This document shows positions 9,771 through 20,063 of a stretch of 64,000 nucleotides of DNA, one piece after another. This DNA comes from an uncultured Candidatus Saccharibacteria bacterium. GTDB lineage: Bacteria; Patescibacteriota; Dojkabacteria; SC72. Every line of letters starts with the position of its first letter. Positions within the stretch are counted from its first letter, which is position 1. Below the pieces are notes generated by a model that searched no databases, was not told where the DNA came from, and saw only the letters and a list, made by a program, of their open reading frames with translations. The stretch spans positions 77,611-141,610 of the forward strand of contig CAYOME010000001.1 in NCBI GenBank assembly GCA_964405015.1, in the 5' to 3' direction. The position numbers and the translations under genes were made by a program.

Positions 9771-10319
9771 TTAGAACTTAATCTCAACGTTCTTTTTTTC
9801 TTCCTCTGATGCCTCAAAGAAAGGCATACTCTTGAATCCTAGTAGACCTGCAATTAGGTTGTTAGGAAATACTGCAATCTTTGTATTAAAGTCTCTAACA
9901 GTACCATTGTAAAATCTTCTAGCCTTCTGGATATTGTCTTCTAATTCCTTAAGATTTGCTTGAAGTTGCATAAAGTTCTCATTTGCTTTTAACTCAGGAT
10001 ATGCCTCTGCTATTGCAAATATCTTAGCAATACCATTGGAGAGCTCACCCTCCAATGCCATCTTCTCATCTAATGTACCAGCACCCATAGCCTTGGATCT
10101 TAACTCTGCAACATTCTCAAATATCTCTTTCTCATGTTTTGCATATCCCTTAACAATCTCTACAAGATTAGGAATCATGTCATATCTCTGCTTTAGGAAA
10201 GTTTCAATATCAGATGCAGCTTCATCTACTGTAAGCTTTAATTTTACTAAACCGTTGTAAAGTGAGATTAGAAATATTGCGATTAATGCTAATACTCCAA
10301 GTAATATAGTCCAGCCCAT
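9771..10319 (-). CDS. lemA: LemA family protein
   Basis: N-terminal TM helix followed by the 'YNGLV...RYDMIPNLVEIVKGYAKHE' LemA signature. Confidence 0.85.
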   Translation of the reverse strand: MGWTILLGVLALIAIFLISLYNGLVKLKLTVDEAASDIETFLKQRYDMIPNLVEIVKGYAKHEKEIFENVAELRSKAMGAGTLDEKMALEGELSNGIAKIFAIAEAYPELKANENFMQLQANLKELEDNIQKARRFYNGTVRDFNTKIAVFPNNLIAGLLGFKSMPFFEASEEEKKNVEIKF

Positions 10320-10390
10320 ATATAGAAGAGATACTGAAATTAATATATTTAAGTATATTGAATATCTAATAAAAGTTCAAATAGAACTTG

Positions 10391-12202
10391 TTAGTTATAT
10401 CCCTTTGCTTGTTTGTTAAAATTGCTTGCGTATATACCCTTACTCTTAATTAGTTCATCATGTGTACCCTCTTGAACAATATTTCCATCTCTTAATACAA
10501 TTATTCTATCAGCATTTCTTACAGTAGAAAACCTATGTGAGATTATCAATACTGTCTTGTTATCAAAGAAATTGTATATTCTGTTAAATATCTTGTACTC
10601 TGCATCTGCATCAATTGCACTAGTAGGTTCATCAAATATTGCAAATGGTGCATCTCTGTAAAAGAATCTAGCGATAGCAATCTTTTGTTGTTGACCCTTA
10701 CTTGGTTTAATACCTCCCTTAAATCTCTCACTCATTACTGTTTGATATCCTTTCTTGTATTTAAGTATGAACTCATGAGCATCTGCATTCTTTGCACATT
10801 CAACAATCCTATCCCTATCTATACTTTTAACAGATTTACCCATATATATATTCTCTTCTACAGTAAGACTGTCATAGAAGTTAAAATCTTGAAACAGTAC
10901 TCCAACATTCTTGTACCAATCATTTAGAGTAAGATCTTTAAGATCAGTGCCATTAATTAAAATCTCTCCTTCTTGAGGATCATATATCCTACAAAGAAGT
11001 TTAACCAATGTAGATTTACCAGCACCATTCTCTCCAACTATCGCTATCTTCTCACCTGCCTCAATCTTAAAAGTAAAGTTGTTAAAGATATTTCTTTTGT
11101 TGTTAGGATAGTGGAATGATACATTCTTGAATTCAATACTAGGGGGATTAATTAATCTTTCTAATCTAATAGTTCCATCAGGTACTACCGGTTTAAGTTT
11201 AAAGAATTCATACACCTCTTTCTCTTTTAATACGATGTCTGTAAACAAAACTATCTCAGAGGAAAACCAAGACATACCTCCATAAAAATTGTTAATGGCT
11301 CCAATATAGAAGGAGGTTTGGCCAATAGACACTACTTTGTTAAATGCCATCATAAAGACCTGTACAGAACCACCTAATACAACAAAAAGGTTTAGGAAGT
11401 CTACACCAAAGCTAGTAAATGATTCTGCCTTTACAATCTTTTTGTACCCACTATTAAAATAAATAAAAAAGTTTCTGAATTTTGCATCTAAATATTTATA
11501 CCCACCAACCAATGTTACTTCATCCATAGTTTCTGGTTCAGAAAGATATCCAGAAGCCCACCATGCTTTCCTTCTTTCCTGAGTATTTTTGTCAGAGGTT
11601 TGCCATTCAAAGTCCTTTTTAAGAAAATATCTACTCTGGAAATATGAAACTATTGAAATCAATATAATAGCAATTCCTACCCAAGCAGAAAAAGAAAATA
11701 CTACTAATGCAGAAACTGCTGTTTGTACAAAAGATGCAACAATTCTAACGATACCCTGATTCACATCTACAATATTATGTAACCAATCATGTGCAATATT
11801 TCTTTTGTTAGCAACACTGGGTAATTGGATAGTTTGAACTCCAAGTTCTAATATCTTTTCATATTCCATTTGCGAAAGATATGATTGAGAAATTCTTCTT
11901 CTAACCCTGTTTATATAGCTATCTACATTGTTCGCAATAATAGATAACAGTTGAACTAATCCTAATAGAGCTACCATTGGTAATATACCTTTTATATTCG
12001 CACTCTCAGTACCTATAAGTGCAATAAGGGAATCAATAATCCTTGCTACAATATATATATTTATCAACGATGTTAAATTCCTATATATCGTAGTTATAAA
12101 TGTAGTTACAGTAAGAAATGGAGACATATTCCAATTCAACTTCAAAGACCACAGTGAAATATCTATATAATCTTTAAAAGATAAGGATTTCTTTTTTGAC
12201 AT
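10391..12202 (-). CDS. ABC transporter, fused permease/ATP-binding exporter (MsbA-like)
   Basis: Six-TM N-terminal domain; Walker A 'GENGAGKST', signature 'SKGQQQKIAIAR', and Walker B 'IFDEPTSAID'. Confidence 0.85.
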   Translation of the reverse strand: MSKKKSLSFKDYIDISLWSLKLNWNMSPFLTVTTFITTIYRNLTSLINIYIVARIIDSLIALIGTESANIKGILPMVALLGLVQLLSIIANNVDSYINRVRRRISQSYLSQMEYEKILELGVQTIQLPSVANKRNIAHDWLHNIVDVNQGIVRIVASFVQTAVSALVVFSFSAWVGIAIILISIVSYFQSRYFLKKDFEWQTSDKNTQERRKAWWASGYLSEPETMDEVTLVGGYKYLDAKFRNFFIYFNSGYKKIVKAESFTSFGVDFLNLFVVLGGSVQVFMMAFNKVVSIGQTSFYIGAINNFYGGMSWFSSEIVLFTDIVLKEKEVYEFFKLKPVVPDGTIRLERLINPPSIEFKNVSFHYPNNKRNIFNNFTFKIEAGEKIAIVGENGAGKSTLVKLLCRIYDPQEGEILINGTDLKDLTLNDWYKNVGVLFQDFNFYDSLTVEENIYMGKSVKSIDRDRIVECAKNADAHEFILKYKKGYQTVMSERFKGGIKPSKGQQQKIAIARFFYRDAPFAIFDEPTSAIDADAEYKIFNRIYNFFDNKTVLIISHRFSTVRNADRIIVLRDGNIVQEGTHDELIKSKGIYASNFNKQAKGYN

Positions 12203-12308
12203 ATATATTTAGAAAAAGGCAATTTTAACTATGAATAATATCAAACAAACGCATTCTGATGCAATATTGTATACATTTAACCCTTCTGGTATAATATAAA
12301 TGTAGTAA

Positions 12309-13034
12309 TTACTTACTTAAATACATCTTTCTCTCCTTTTCATCCATTCTCTCAATAGCATATCTTAATGTAGTTCTACTCATAGATGAGATGTTCTCAT
12401 TAAGGAATTCTCTCAATACATTAATATCTCTCTTACCAACCTCTCTTAACATCCATCCTACAGCTTTGTGAATTAAATCGTGTTTGTGATTTAACAATTC
12501 TTTAGAAATCTTCAAGGTATCTTCAAAAATATTTCTTCTAATGAAAGAGTAGGTAGATACAATTGATATCCTTTGTTTCCAAAGATCATTGGATTTAACT
12601 AAGGTATACAGGATATCCTTCCTTTGAGAATTTAAATACAAATATTCACCAACAATCTTACTACAAGAAAGATCTACAATATCCCAATTGTTTACACCAT
12701 TAAGATTTTCAATATAGAAATTAAAGATCTTTTCTTTACCAACAGTATCTTCTTTTTCAAATTTGTATGTCAAAATAATATAACCCAGTAACCTTACCTC
12801 ATGTATGGGACTTTCTACTAATTCCTTAACATCTGTTATTTGAATATCCTTGTAATATTTCTTAGCAACAAGTCGTATATTAGGTACTGTAACTCCCCAG
12901 AATGTATCACCATATCCATATTCTCCTTTGGCTGTTTTGAAAAATCGAGGAAAGAAAAGAGCTTTTTCTTTGTTACTAAGTTCTTTAAGTTCCTTTAAGA
13001 TAGCGTTAGAGATATTCATATGTAATAATAGCAT
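12309..13034 (-). CDS. DNA alkylation repair protein (AlkD/AlkC-like HEAT-repeat family)
   Basis: ~240-aa all-helical protein whose N-terminus 'ILKELKELSNKEKALFFPRFFKT...YGV' matches the DNA_alkylation family pattern. Confidence 0.5.
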   Translation of the reverse strand: MLLLHMNISNAILKELKELSNKEKALFFPRFFKTAKGEYGYGDTFWGVTVPNIRLVAKKYYKDIQITDVKELVESPIHEVRLLGYIILTYKFEKEDTVGKEKIFNFYIENLNGVNNWDIVDLSCSKIVGEYLYLNSQRKDILYTLVKSNDLWKQRISIVSTYSFIRRNIFEDTLKISKELLNHKHDLIHKAVGWMLREVGKRDINVLREFLNENISSMSRTTLRYAIERMDEKERKMYLSK

Positions 13035-13060
13035 CAGAAATTAAACTTACGTATACACAT

Positions 13061-14428
13061 ATGAAACTAATATCCCAATTCTCTAACAAATACAACAATA
13101 TTACATACAAAACATATGAACTAGATAATGGAATTAAGGTATTACACTTAGATAACCCTGCAACAATTGATTTCGATTTTGCATTAATATTTAAAGCTGG
13201 TAGTTCATTTGAAACTAAAGAAGACGTACCTAGAGGTACTGCACATTTCTTAGAGCATATGTTACTTAATCCTAATTCTACATTTAAAACAAAAGAAGAA
13301 GTGGATAGATTTGAACAAGGTAATAAAGAGAGGCCAGCAATATATTCAAATGCATATACCACTAGAAAATATATATATATTACATGTCACTCTAACGAAC
13401 AGGGAGATATGAGGGTATTAGATCGTATGGAGAGTGTATTACAATTCCCTAAAAAGAAATTTGCAAATCAAATGGAAAAGGAAAGGGGAATAATATTAGC
13501 AGAGAAGAGTAGGAAACCTAAGAAAGAGAAAGATGGATATCTAATGAGTTTGGAATTCCTTTTTAAGGGTATACAAGATGAATTCACATATGACATATTG
13601 GGAGAAAGTGATGATATTAAAAATATTAATATTGATCATTTAGAGAAATTCTTCAAAAACAGGTTTGTATCTGGTAATTGTACCCTCGCTATACAAAGTA
13701 ATGGAGATTTAAAAAAGAGTGTAGAGAACAAATTAGAAGAGATATCAAAATGTATTGCTTTAGGTGAGGTTAATAACCTACGTGAAGTAGAATTAGAGAA
13801 TAGGTTTAGGATAGGGACATTTACAGAGGAAAGAGCTAATGGTATCAGTGTTTCATTAATATATTTTAATAAGGAAGATAGAAAGATAGATTACAAGAAA
13901 TACGCTGTTGAATATATTACTGGTAGGTTAATAGATTGGCTCTCTTTTGATATTTTAAGAGAGAAGATGAGTTTAATATATGATTTTTCGGTATTTAAGA
14001 ATAGTAATCTTTCATTTGATTACTCAATGAGTGGTTTTAGGTTTGTTACAGAGAAAGAGAAGATGCCTAAGATGTTGGATGAATTTTCTAAGTTACTTCA
14101 TACAACAACATTTAGTTTTCTTAAAACTAAAAGGGGTAAGGAGTGGTTTGATGATGTAATTAGTACATATATATTTCCTAGAACTACAAAATTTAATGAA
14201 GAATTAGCTGAAAATGGTGTAGTTGTACTGTTAGAAGATAGTGAGATATTTAATTCAAATACAGCTATTAGAGAAGCTAAAAAGGTAACTATAGAGGATA
14301 TTAAAGAATATTTAAATCAAAGACTATCAATATCTCCTCATATTTGGGTAGAGAGTGATCTTTCAAAGAAAGATATGGAGAAAATGATTAAGGAATCACC
14401 TTTTTACAAGGAGTTTAATGGGGTATAA
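13061..14428 (+). CDS. M16 (pitrilysin) family peptidase-like protein
   Basis: Inverted zinc motif 'HFLEHM' (HxxEH) near the N-terminus; ~455 aa. Confidence 0.6.
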   Translation: MKLISQFSNKYNNITYKTYELDNGIKVLHLDNPATIDFDFALIFKAGSSFETKEDVPRGTAHFLEHMLLNPNSTFKTKEEVDRFEQGNKERPAIYSNAYTTRKYIYITCHSNEQGDMRVLDRMESVLQFPKKKFANQMEKERGIILAEKSRKPKKEKDGYLMSLEFLFKGIQDEFTYDILGESDDIKNINIDHLEKFFKNRFVSGNCTLAIQSNGDLKKSVENKLEEISKCIALGEVNNLREVELENRFRIGTFTEERANGISVSLIYFNKEDRKIDYKKYAVEYITGRLIDWLSFDILREKMSLIYDFSVFKNSNLSFDYSMSGFRFVTEKEKMPKMLDEFSKLLHTTTFSFLKTKRGKEWFDDVISTYIFPRTTKFNEELAENGVVVLLEDSEIFNSNTAIREAKKVTIEDIKEYLNQRLSISPHIWVESDLSKKDMEKMIKESPFYKEFNGV

Positions 14429-14861
14429 TAGGGGATTAAATATTAAGATCATTGAACTACATATCATGGTAGAAATAGAATATACCGAAGAATATCAAAA
14501 GAATTCTGCAGAATTTTTAGAGACTCTCTCCTTTTATGGTATAGAAGCAGAAAGGGCCCCAATATATATAAACCAATTAATAGGAGCTATAACTACAAAG
14601 GTACACATTACTCGTCCGAGATTAGAGAACGCATATACGATATGTCCATACAACGCCACTATCTATGAATTCGAAGGCTCGAGATATCTTCAAATAGATA
14701 CACGTTTCAACCTATTACCTGAGTACGTGTATGATGCAATAGAGGGTATTTCCATTCTCTTTCCATTAAATGGTTGGGGAAGAGTTGATCTTGATACAAA
14801 TGAGATAGAGACACAAGTTGATTGGGAAGAACTTTACATTGAGGTTAACGAAGAAAAGTAG
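14418..14861 (+). CDS. Hypothetical protein
   Basis: ORF that overlaps the end of the peptidase gene by 11 nt, which suggests translational coupling; no recognisable motif. Confidence 0.4.
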   Translation: MGYNRGLNIKIIELHIMVEIEYTEEYQKNSAEFLETLSFYGIEAERAPIYINQLIGAITTKVHITRPRLENAYTICPYNATIYEFEGSRYLQIDTRFNLLPEYVYDAIEGISILFPLNGWGRVDLDTNEIETQVDWEELYIEVNEEK

Positions 14862-14869
14862 AAAGAAAC

Positions 14870-15250
14870 ATGGCCGAAAGAAGAGAATCACCATCCTTTA
14901 TCAATGAATACAACCTCTTAATTGAGGCTTTACCTAATTATGGTATTACACAGGAACAGTTCGATACATATCTTAATGAAATGATCGATAGGATTCAATA
15001 TATTGTAGATGATCAAGGTAGAATACCATCATATTCATACCTAATGGATGTATATCATCTAAGAATATTAAACAATGAAGATGGTACATATATACAAGTA
15101 GGTACTACATTTGAAGTCCTAGAAGGGAAAAAAGATGACTTAGTAGCTAATAAAGGATGGATATATTTTCCATTTAAGGGTGATTGTGAATTTAATCTCG
15201 CTTCTCAAGAAATGTATACCAATATCACATGGCATCATATTAGAGCATAA
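14870..15250 (+). CDS. Hypothetical protein
   Basis: ORF in the same operon; no recognisable motif. Confidence 0.4.
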   Translation: MAERRESPSFINEYNLLIEALPNYGITQEQFDTYLNEMIDRIQYIVDDQGRIPSYSYLMDVYHLRILNNEDGTYIQVGTTFEVLEGKKDDLVANKGWIYFPFKGDCEFNLASQEMYTNITWHHIRA

Positions 15251-15296
15251 TTGTAATAAATAGGTTACAATATCTAATAACTTTATCCATATTCAA

Positions 15297-15971
15297 ATGG
15301 AAGAACAAATAACTAATCCAGTAGAAGTACCTGTTAAAAAGAAAAGTAATGGATGTTTAATATCCTTTCTAGTTCTTTTAGTAATATTCATATTACTTGG
15401 TGTAGTAGGATATCTTTCATACAAAGAAATAGTAGAAAAGTTTAAACCAAAAGATTTAGGAATATCATATTCACAAGAAGATCTTACTGATTTCTTTAAC
15501 AATGTTGGTTTAGATGCAGATCCAGAGAAGATATGTATAGGGTGTGAAGTACCTGTATACTCAGATCCTAAGGAAGTAAACTTAGTTATCACTAATGAAC
15601 AAGCTTCTGCAGCATTTGAATATATTAATGAGAATATGCCAGTAGGTAGTATTAGTAATACTCAGATTAAGTTTAATGATGGTTTAGCAGAAGTAACTAC
15701 TACTCTTTCATACAATGGACAAACATTCCCTATATATCTAGCAGGTACTTTAGAAAAAGATACTATTACATCTGTAAAGGGTAATATACAATCACTTAAA
15801 GCAGGTGGTATATCTGTACCAGAGAGTATTGTACAGGTAGCAGAGGAAGGTATTCTTTCAATATTTAACAAGACTCTTTCAGATATTGGTGATAACGTAA
15901 GGATAGATGTGTTAGAGATTACTTCGGATGGTTTAGTATTTGAGGGTATATTACCTTCTAAGGCTAAATAG
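15297..15971 (+). CDS. Hypothetical membrane-anchored protein
   Basis: N-terminal TM helix 'CLISFLVLLVIFILLGVVGYL' followed by a soluble domain. Confidence 0.45.
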   Translation: MEEQITNPVEVPVKKKSNGCLISFLVLLVIFILLGVVGYLSYKEIVEKFKPKDLGISYSQEDLTDFFNNVGLDADPEKICIGCEVPVYSDPKEVNLVITNEQASAAFEYINENMPVGSISNTQIKFNDGLAEVTTTLSYNGQTFPIYLAGTLEKDTITSVKGNIQSLKAGGISVPESIVQVAEEGILSIFNKTLSDIGDNVRIDVLEITSDGLVFEGILPSKAK

Positions 15972-16016
15972 GTGATATAAATATTTGAAGAAGTAGGGTA
16001 TAATATTTGTCATTAT

Positions 16017-16094
16017 GGTGGCTATAGCTCAATTGGTTAGAGCATCGGTTTGTGGAACCGAGGGTTGTGGGTTCAAGTCCCATTAGCCACCCCA
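16017..16094 (+). tRNA. tRNA-His (anticodon GTG), with encoded G-1 and encoded CCA
   Basis: A cloverleaf was built by hand. The acceptor stem is GTGGCTA/TAGCCAC with G-1:C73. D-arm is GCTC...GAGC and the anticodon stem is TCGGT/ACCGA with loop TTGTGGA. The T-arm is GTGGG-TTCAAGT-CCCAT, and the 3' end is CCA. Confidence 0.9.
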
Positions 16095-17576
16095 TTCTTG
16101 AGTTTTATTCAAATCGTATATCAGGTTAAACGGACTTTTCAGCTCTACATAGAGTTTTTTGTCGTCTACTTCAAGGTTCGAGGAAAGCATTCCTAGGAGT
16201 TGTCGTTTTCTTTCAATTTTCGAACTTTCAAATATTTCCCAAGCTCTTGATGTTATAGAAATTAGGTCTGTAACAACCTTTCCGTAGTTTATACTTGCAT
16301 CAAAGTATCTGTTCTTCTTTTCTTGTAACGACTCTTGTTCATCCTTCAATGACATTGCTTTTTTATCGTATATATCCTGTGTAATACTCTTCTTCAATGC
16401 AAAGTCCAGTAAAGTATCTAACTCTTTATCAAGTTCCTTTAAGCGTTTATCTATCCTTTCAACCTGTTCATCTTCAAATTTTCTTTTTTCTTTACTTATC
16501 CTGTTAATATCCCCAATGATTTCATCCATATATTCTGGAGGGATGACTAGTCCCTCCAAATAACTTTTGAGTTGCTCTAAAAGTATCTTTTCTGATACAT
16601 TCATATTTCCGCACTCTTCTTTTGAAGTGTTACATTGAGCATAGTTATTACCCTTTGTAGTGTATGTAGAAAACATCTTTCCACACTTCTTACATCTTAA
16701 TAGCCCTTTGAATATGTATTCCTTATCTCGATACCTTTCTGCATATCTAGATTTACCATCCTTAACCTCTTGGCATACATCAAACAGTTCTTTTGAAATG
16801 ATAGTTCCAAAATTATGAGGGTAATTAGTCTCTTTTATCCTGTATATTCCATAGTAGATAGGGTCTTTGAGCATTCTTTCAATATGAGATGTTGAAATAG
16901 GTCTCTCAATTCCACCTTTACCTTTTGTGGTTAATCCTTTTTCTCGCATTAGCTTTGCAAGTTTTTTGAAAGAGTATGTGCCTGTTGAATATAGTTCAAA
17001 GGCTTCTTTTACAAGTGGAGCTTTCTCTATGTCTAAAACCCCTTTAGAGCGTTCCTTACCGCTTATATTAACTCTTTGGTTAAGATACCCAACAGGAAGT
17101 TTCCCAATAGGTCTGCCTTGTGCTAGGTTTTCTTCTAGAGCCTTCCTAGTATTGTCGCTAACATACATACAATACATTTTTGCGCCCATAATAGACATAT
17201 CGTATCTTATCCAACTATCTGTTTTGGATTTACTGTCTATTACTAAATTTTCAGAAACGAAGTGTAAAATGACTTTACCATCTCGAATATTCTCATCAAG
17301 ATACACTTGTTCCTTGAAACCTCTTTGGAATCTATCAACTCTATCTGTAATTATTGCTAACGGCTCTTTTCCTGTCTGTTCGATAGCGTCATCTACAATC
17401 TTTAGGAATTTCTTTCTTTCGCCTCTAGTAGAGCTTTCTACTATTTGATAAGGCTCGTGGAGTAACTCAAAGTTCTTATCTTTGATATAATTATCTAACC
17501 TTCGGAGTTGTGCTTCTAGGGATAAACCATCTTCTTGGTCTCTAGAAGACACTCTAGCTATGATTATTGCTTTCAT
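16083..17576 (-). CDS. Large serine recombinase (integrase) 1
   Basis: N-terminal resolvase domain 'AIIIARVSSRDQ' with the catalytic Ser, a recombinase domain, a Cys-rich zinc ribbon (CKKCGK...C..C) and a C-terminal coiled coil. The 3' end overlaps tRNA-His by 12 nt. Confidence 0.9.
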   Translation of the reverse strand: MKAIIIARVSSRDQEDGLSLEAQLRRLDNYIKDKNFELLHEPYQIVESSTRGERKKFLKIVDDAIEQTGKEPLAIITDRVDRFQRGFKEQVYLDENIRDGKVILHFVSENLVIDSKSKTDSWIRYDMSIMGAKMYCMYVSDNTRKALEENLAQGRPIGKLPVGYLNQRVNISGKERSKGVLDIEKAPLVKEAFELYSTGTYSFKKLAKLMREKGLTTKGKGGIERPISTSHIERMLKDPIYYGIYRIKETNYPHNFGTIISKELFDVCQEVKDGKSRYAERYRDKEYIFKGLLRCKKCGKMFSTYTTKGNNYAQCNTSKEECGNMNVSEKILLEQLKSYLEGLVIPPEYMDEIIGDINRISKEKRKFEDEQVERIDKRLKELDKELDTLLDFALKKSITQDIYDKKAMSLKDEQESLQEKKNRYFDASINYGKVVTDLISITSRAWEIFESSKIERKRQLLGMLSSNLEVDDKKLYVELKSPFNLIYDLNKTQEWGG

Positions 17577-20061
17577 CAGTGTAATTCATTCTAAAACTTA
17601 TTCTATTTTCATAATTATCTTGCTTGACTAATTCGTAATAGAATTTATCATTCAGCTTTGCCTTCACTACACCTTCAGCTTCTAATCTTTCTATGGACAT
17701 TTCATTGATAAAATTGAATAAGTCTCCTTTATACAATGTGTCTTTGTTGCCTTCTAAATGCTCACCTTTGCTTTCAACAATATAGACAAAATCAAGTTTT
17801 CCATCCTCATCCTTCTTTGCTACCACAAAGTCAGGTCTAACCTTATCTTTTTGCCATCCTTGAATTGCATACCAGCCCTTACTTGCTCTATTTCTAACCC
17901 ACCAAATGGTGTTTTTTTGTCTTTCTAAATGCTTCGCGACATCAAGCTCTAATCCGTTTATGCTTGTAATATCAAAGTCTTCATATAGGTAATACTTGTA
18001 TGGGTTGTGCGGATAATCTTTGATTTTATCTTGCTCTGGTAATCTGAAACCAATTTCCTTGTCGCTAACTGCTATTACAAGTGTTTTGTCATCAACCATC
18101 CTATTAAATATCTCTTTTTCTTGGACTCTTTTGATATTTTCAAATGCTTTGATAATTTCAGAAATGATAAAACCATTATATTTACCTAAATCTTTTTCGT
18201 CTTTTACTTTCTTGATAAGTAACTTAAACAACTTTTCTGAAATATATCTAGATACAAAGGCATTTTCTATATAGTCATTTAATCTTCTTGTTAAGTATTC
18301 TGTATCGAAATGAACATCACTAAACCTTACTTCACTGCTCATACTCTCTGTGATAGCTCCTTCATCCATACCAACCTTAATAAGTGTTGTTTCAAATGTC
18401 TCATTGCCAATTAAAGGAATAATACCATCTGTTATAGTTTCCAAATCAACTCCTTCATAATCAATCTTTGGCTTTATATCTACACTATAGTTAAACTCTC
18501 TGTATAAACCATTCTTCTCTTTTATTAGCCATAAAGGAAGATACAAACTTTCAGGATACTTCTCTTTTAGCTCTCTCTTAATCTTCACGACCTTTGTTAC
18601 TGATTCACTTGTTTCAGTTTCTGTATTGATACTGTATTTGGCTAAATCATCAAGTCCTTCGTTCTTAAATCCATTCTTGATTGTAGTTAGAATATTTTGA
18701 GTATGTCCGTTACAGTAATAAATATAGCTCTCGTCTAGGATTGGAGTTCCAGTCTTCTTGCCAAATGGTTGTCTTAAGACTCTTCCTACTAACTGGGTTA
18801 CGCTTGTATTTGAATTTACATTAGGGATAATTCCCAAAATATATGCAAACGGACAATCCCAACCTTCTTTTAGAGCATCTTTAGTTATTATGTATCTGAT
18901 AGGGCATTCTCTCGAAAGAAGGTCTATATTTTCAATATCATTTACACTACTTGTTTTTATAGCGATTTCTTCATCGGGAACACCTATGTCCTTTAGATAT
19001 TCTTTAATATCTTCACTATGCACAAAACCTTTTCCTCTCTGCTCTTTACCAGTTCTTTCTACTTGTATCAAGGCTATTGGTCTTATGTATTGTCCTGTGT
19101 TACTGTCATAATCTTTAGCTACTTTCTCTATCTTCTCTCTATAATCCTTAATCTCTTTCGTCATTGTTTGCCAATCTTCATTGCTAGTTGGAGCAATTAT
19201 GTTCATATCCAGCTTAACCATTTCTGCATCTTTTAGCTCTTGTCCTGTTACAGAAACCAATACATTCATTCCTGCCTTTGGAGTTGCTGAAAAACCTACA
19301 ACCATAGAAGGATTTAATCCATTAACAGTTTCAATTGCCTTTGGTGAGAATACTTTGTGTATTTCATCAATGATAATAAGAGGTCTTGTCAACCTTAAGA
19401 CATTTCCTAAACTTGTTTTAACCTGTGGCATAAAAGAATTAACACCTTGAAAGACATCAAGATTAGGAACTTTTTCTAATAGCTCGTGATGTAAGTCATA
19501 TCTGTTATCTTGTGGAAAGAAAGAGTTGTATGAGCCACTATCCATAAACACTTTGAGGCTTTCTTTTGTAGTTCTATTTACTGATTGAATCATAAGCATA
19601 AGAACTACAAGGTTTTCTTCTACATCTTCCGCTCTTAATTCCTGATTCTTTTCTACAATAAGAGTATGTCCTGCACTTGCTTGGTCTAGTAGTTGTCTAT
19701 ATGGGTCTGCTTTATCTCTTAACCTTTCTACTGTTTGAGAGTAGATAATTTCAGATGGAACTATCCATACAACAAGTCCTGTTTTTCTTTTAGCAAATAT
19801 GTCTTGATACTGTCTTATTGTATCTACTGCCAAGAGCGTTTTACCGCCCCCTGTAGGAACTTTAATACACAGTCGAGGGTAGAACTCATTTAGACCATTT
19901 CTATCCATATCTGGGACTCTAGAGAGTCCTACCTTATTGAATGCTAGTTGAACCCAAGCGTCTGGGTCAACATCCTTCAACAAGCTTCTTACTTCAGATG
20001 CTGTTTCTAGGTAATCTTTGAGCTTTTTAGCTACTTTTGTTTGATATGGCTTGAATATCAT
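17554..20061 (-). CDS. res: Type III restriction enzyme, Res subunit
   Basis: SF2 helicase motifs: Walker A 'PTGGGKT' and DEAH-box 'IIIDEIHK'. ~835 aa. Sits immediately downstream of mod with a 2-nt gap. Confidence 0.85.
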   Translation of the reverse strand: MIFKPYQTKVAKKLKDYLETASEVRSLLKDVDPDAWVQLAFNKVGLSRVPDMDRNGLNEFYPRLCIKVPTGGGKTLLAVDTIRQYQDIFAKRKTGLVVWIVPSEIIYSQTVERLRDKADPYRQLLDQASAGHTLIVEKNQELRAEDVEENLVVLMLMIQSVNRTTKESLKVFMDSGSYNSFFPQDNRYDLHHELLEKVPNLDVFQGVNSFMPQVKTSLGNVLRLTRPLIIIDEIHKVFSPKAIETVNGLNPSMVVGFSATPKAGMNVLVSVTGQELKDAEMVKLDMNIIAPTSNEDWQTMTKEIKDYREKIEKVAKDYDSNTGQYIRPIALIQVERTGKEQRGKGFVHSEDIKEYLKDIGVPDEEIAIKTSSVNDIENIDLLSRECPIRYIITKDALKEGWDCPFAYILGIIPNVNSNTSVTQLVGRVLRQPFGKKTGTPILDESYIYYCNGHTQNILTTIKNGFKNEGLDDLAKYSINTETETSESVTKVVKIKRELKEKYPESLYLPLWLIKEKNGLYREFNYSVDIKPKIDYEGVDLETITDGIIPLIGNETFETTLIKVGMDEGAITESMSSEVRFSDVHFDTEYLTRRLNDYIENAFVSRYISEKLFKLLIKKVKDEKDLGKYNGFIISEIIKAFENIKRVQEKEIFNRMVDDKTLVIAVSDKEIGFRLPEQDKIKDYPHNPYKYYLYEDFDITSINGLELDVAKHLERQKNTIWWVRNRASKGWYAIQGWQKDKVRPDFVVAKKDEDGKLDFVYIVESKGEHLEGNKDTLYKGDLFNFINEMSIERLEAEGVVKAKLNDKFYYELVKQDNYENRISFRMNYTDESNNHS

Positions 20062-20063
20062 CG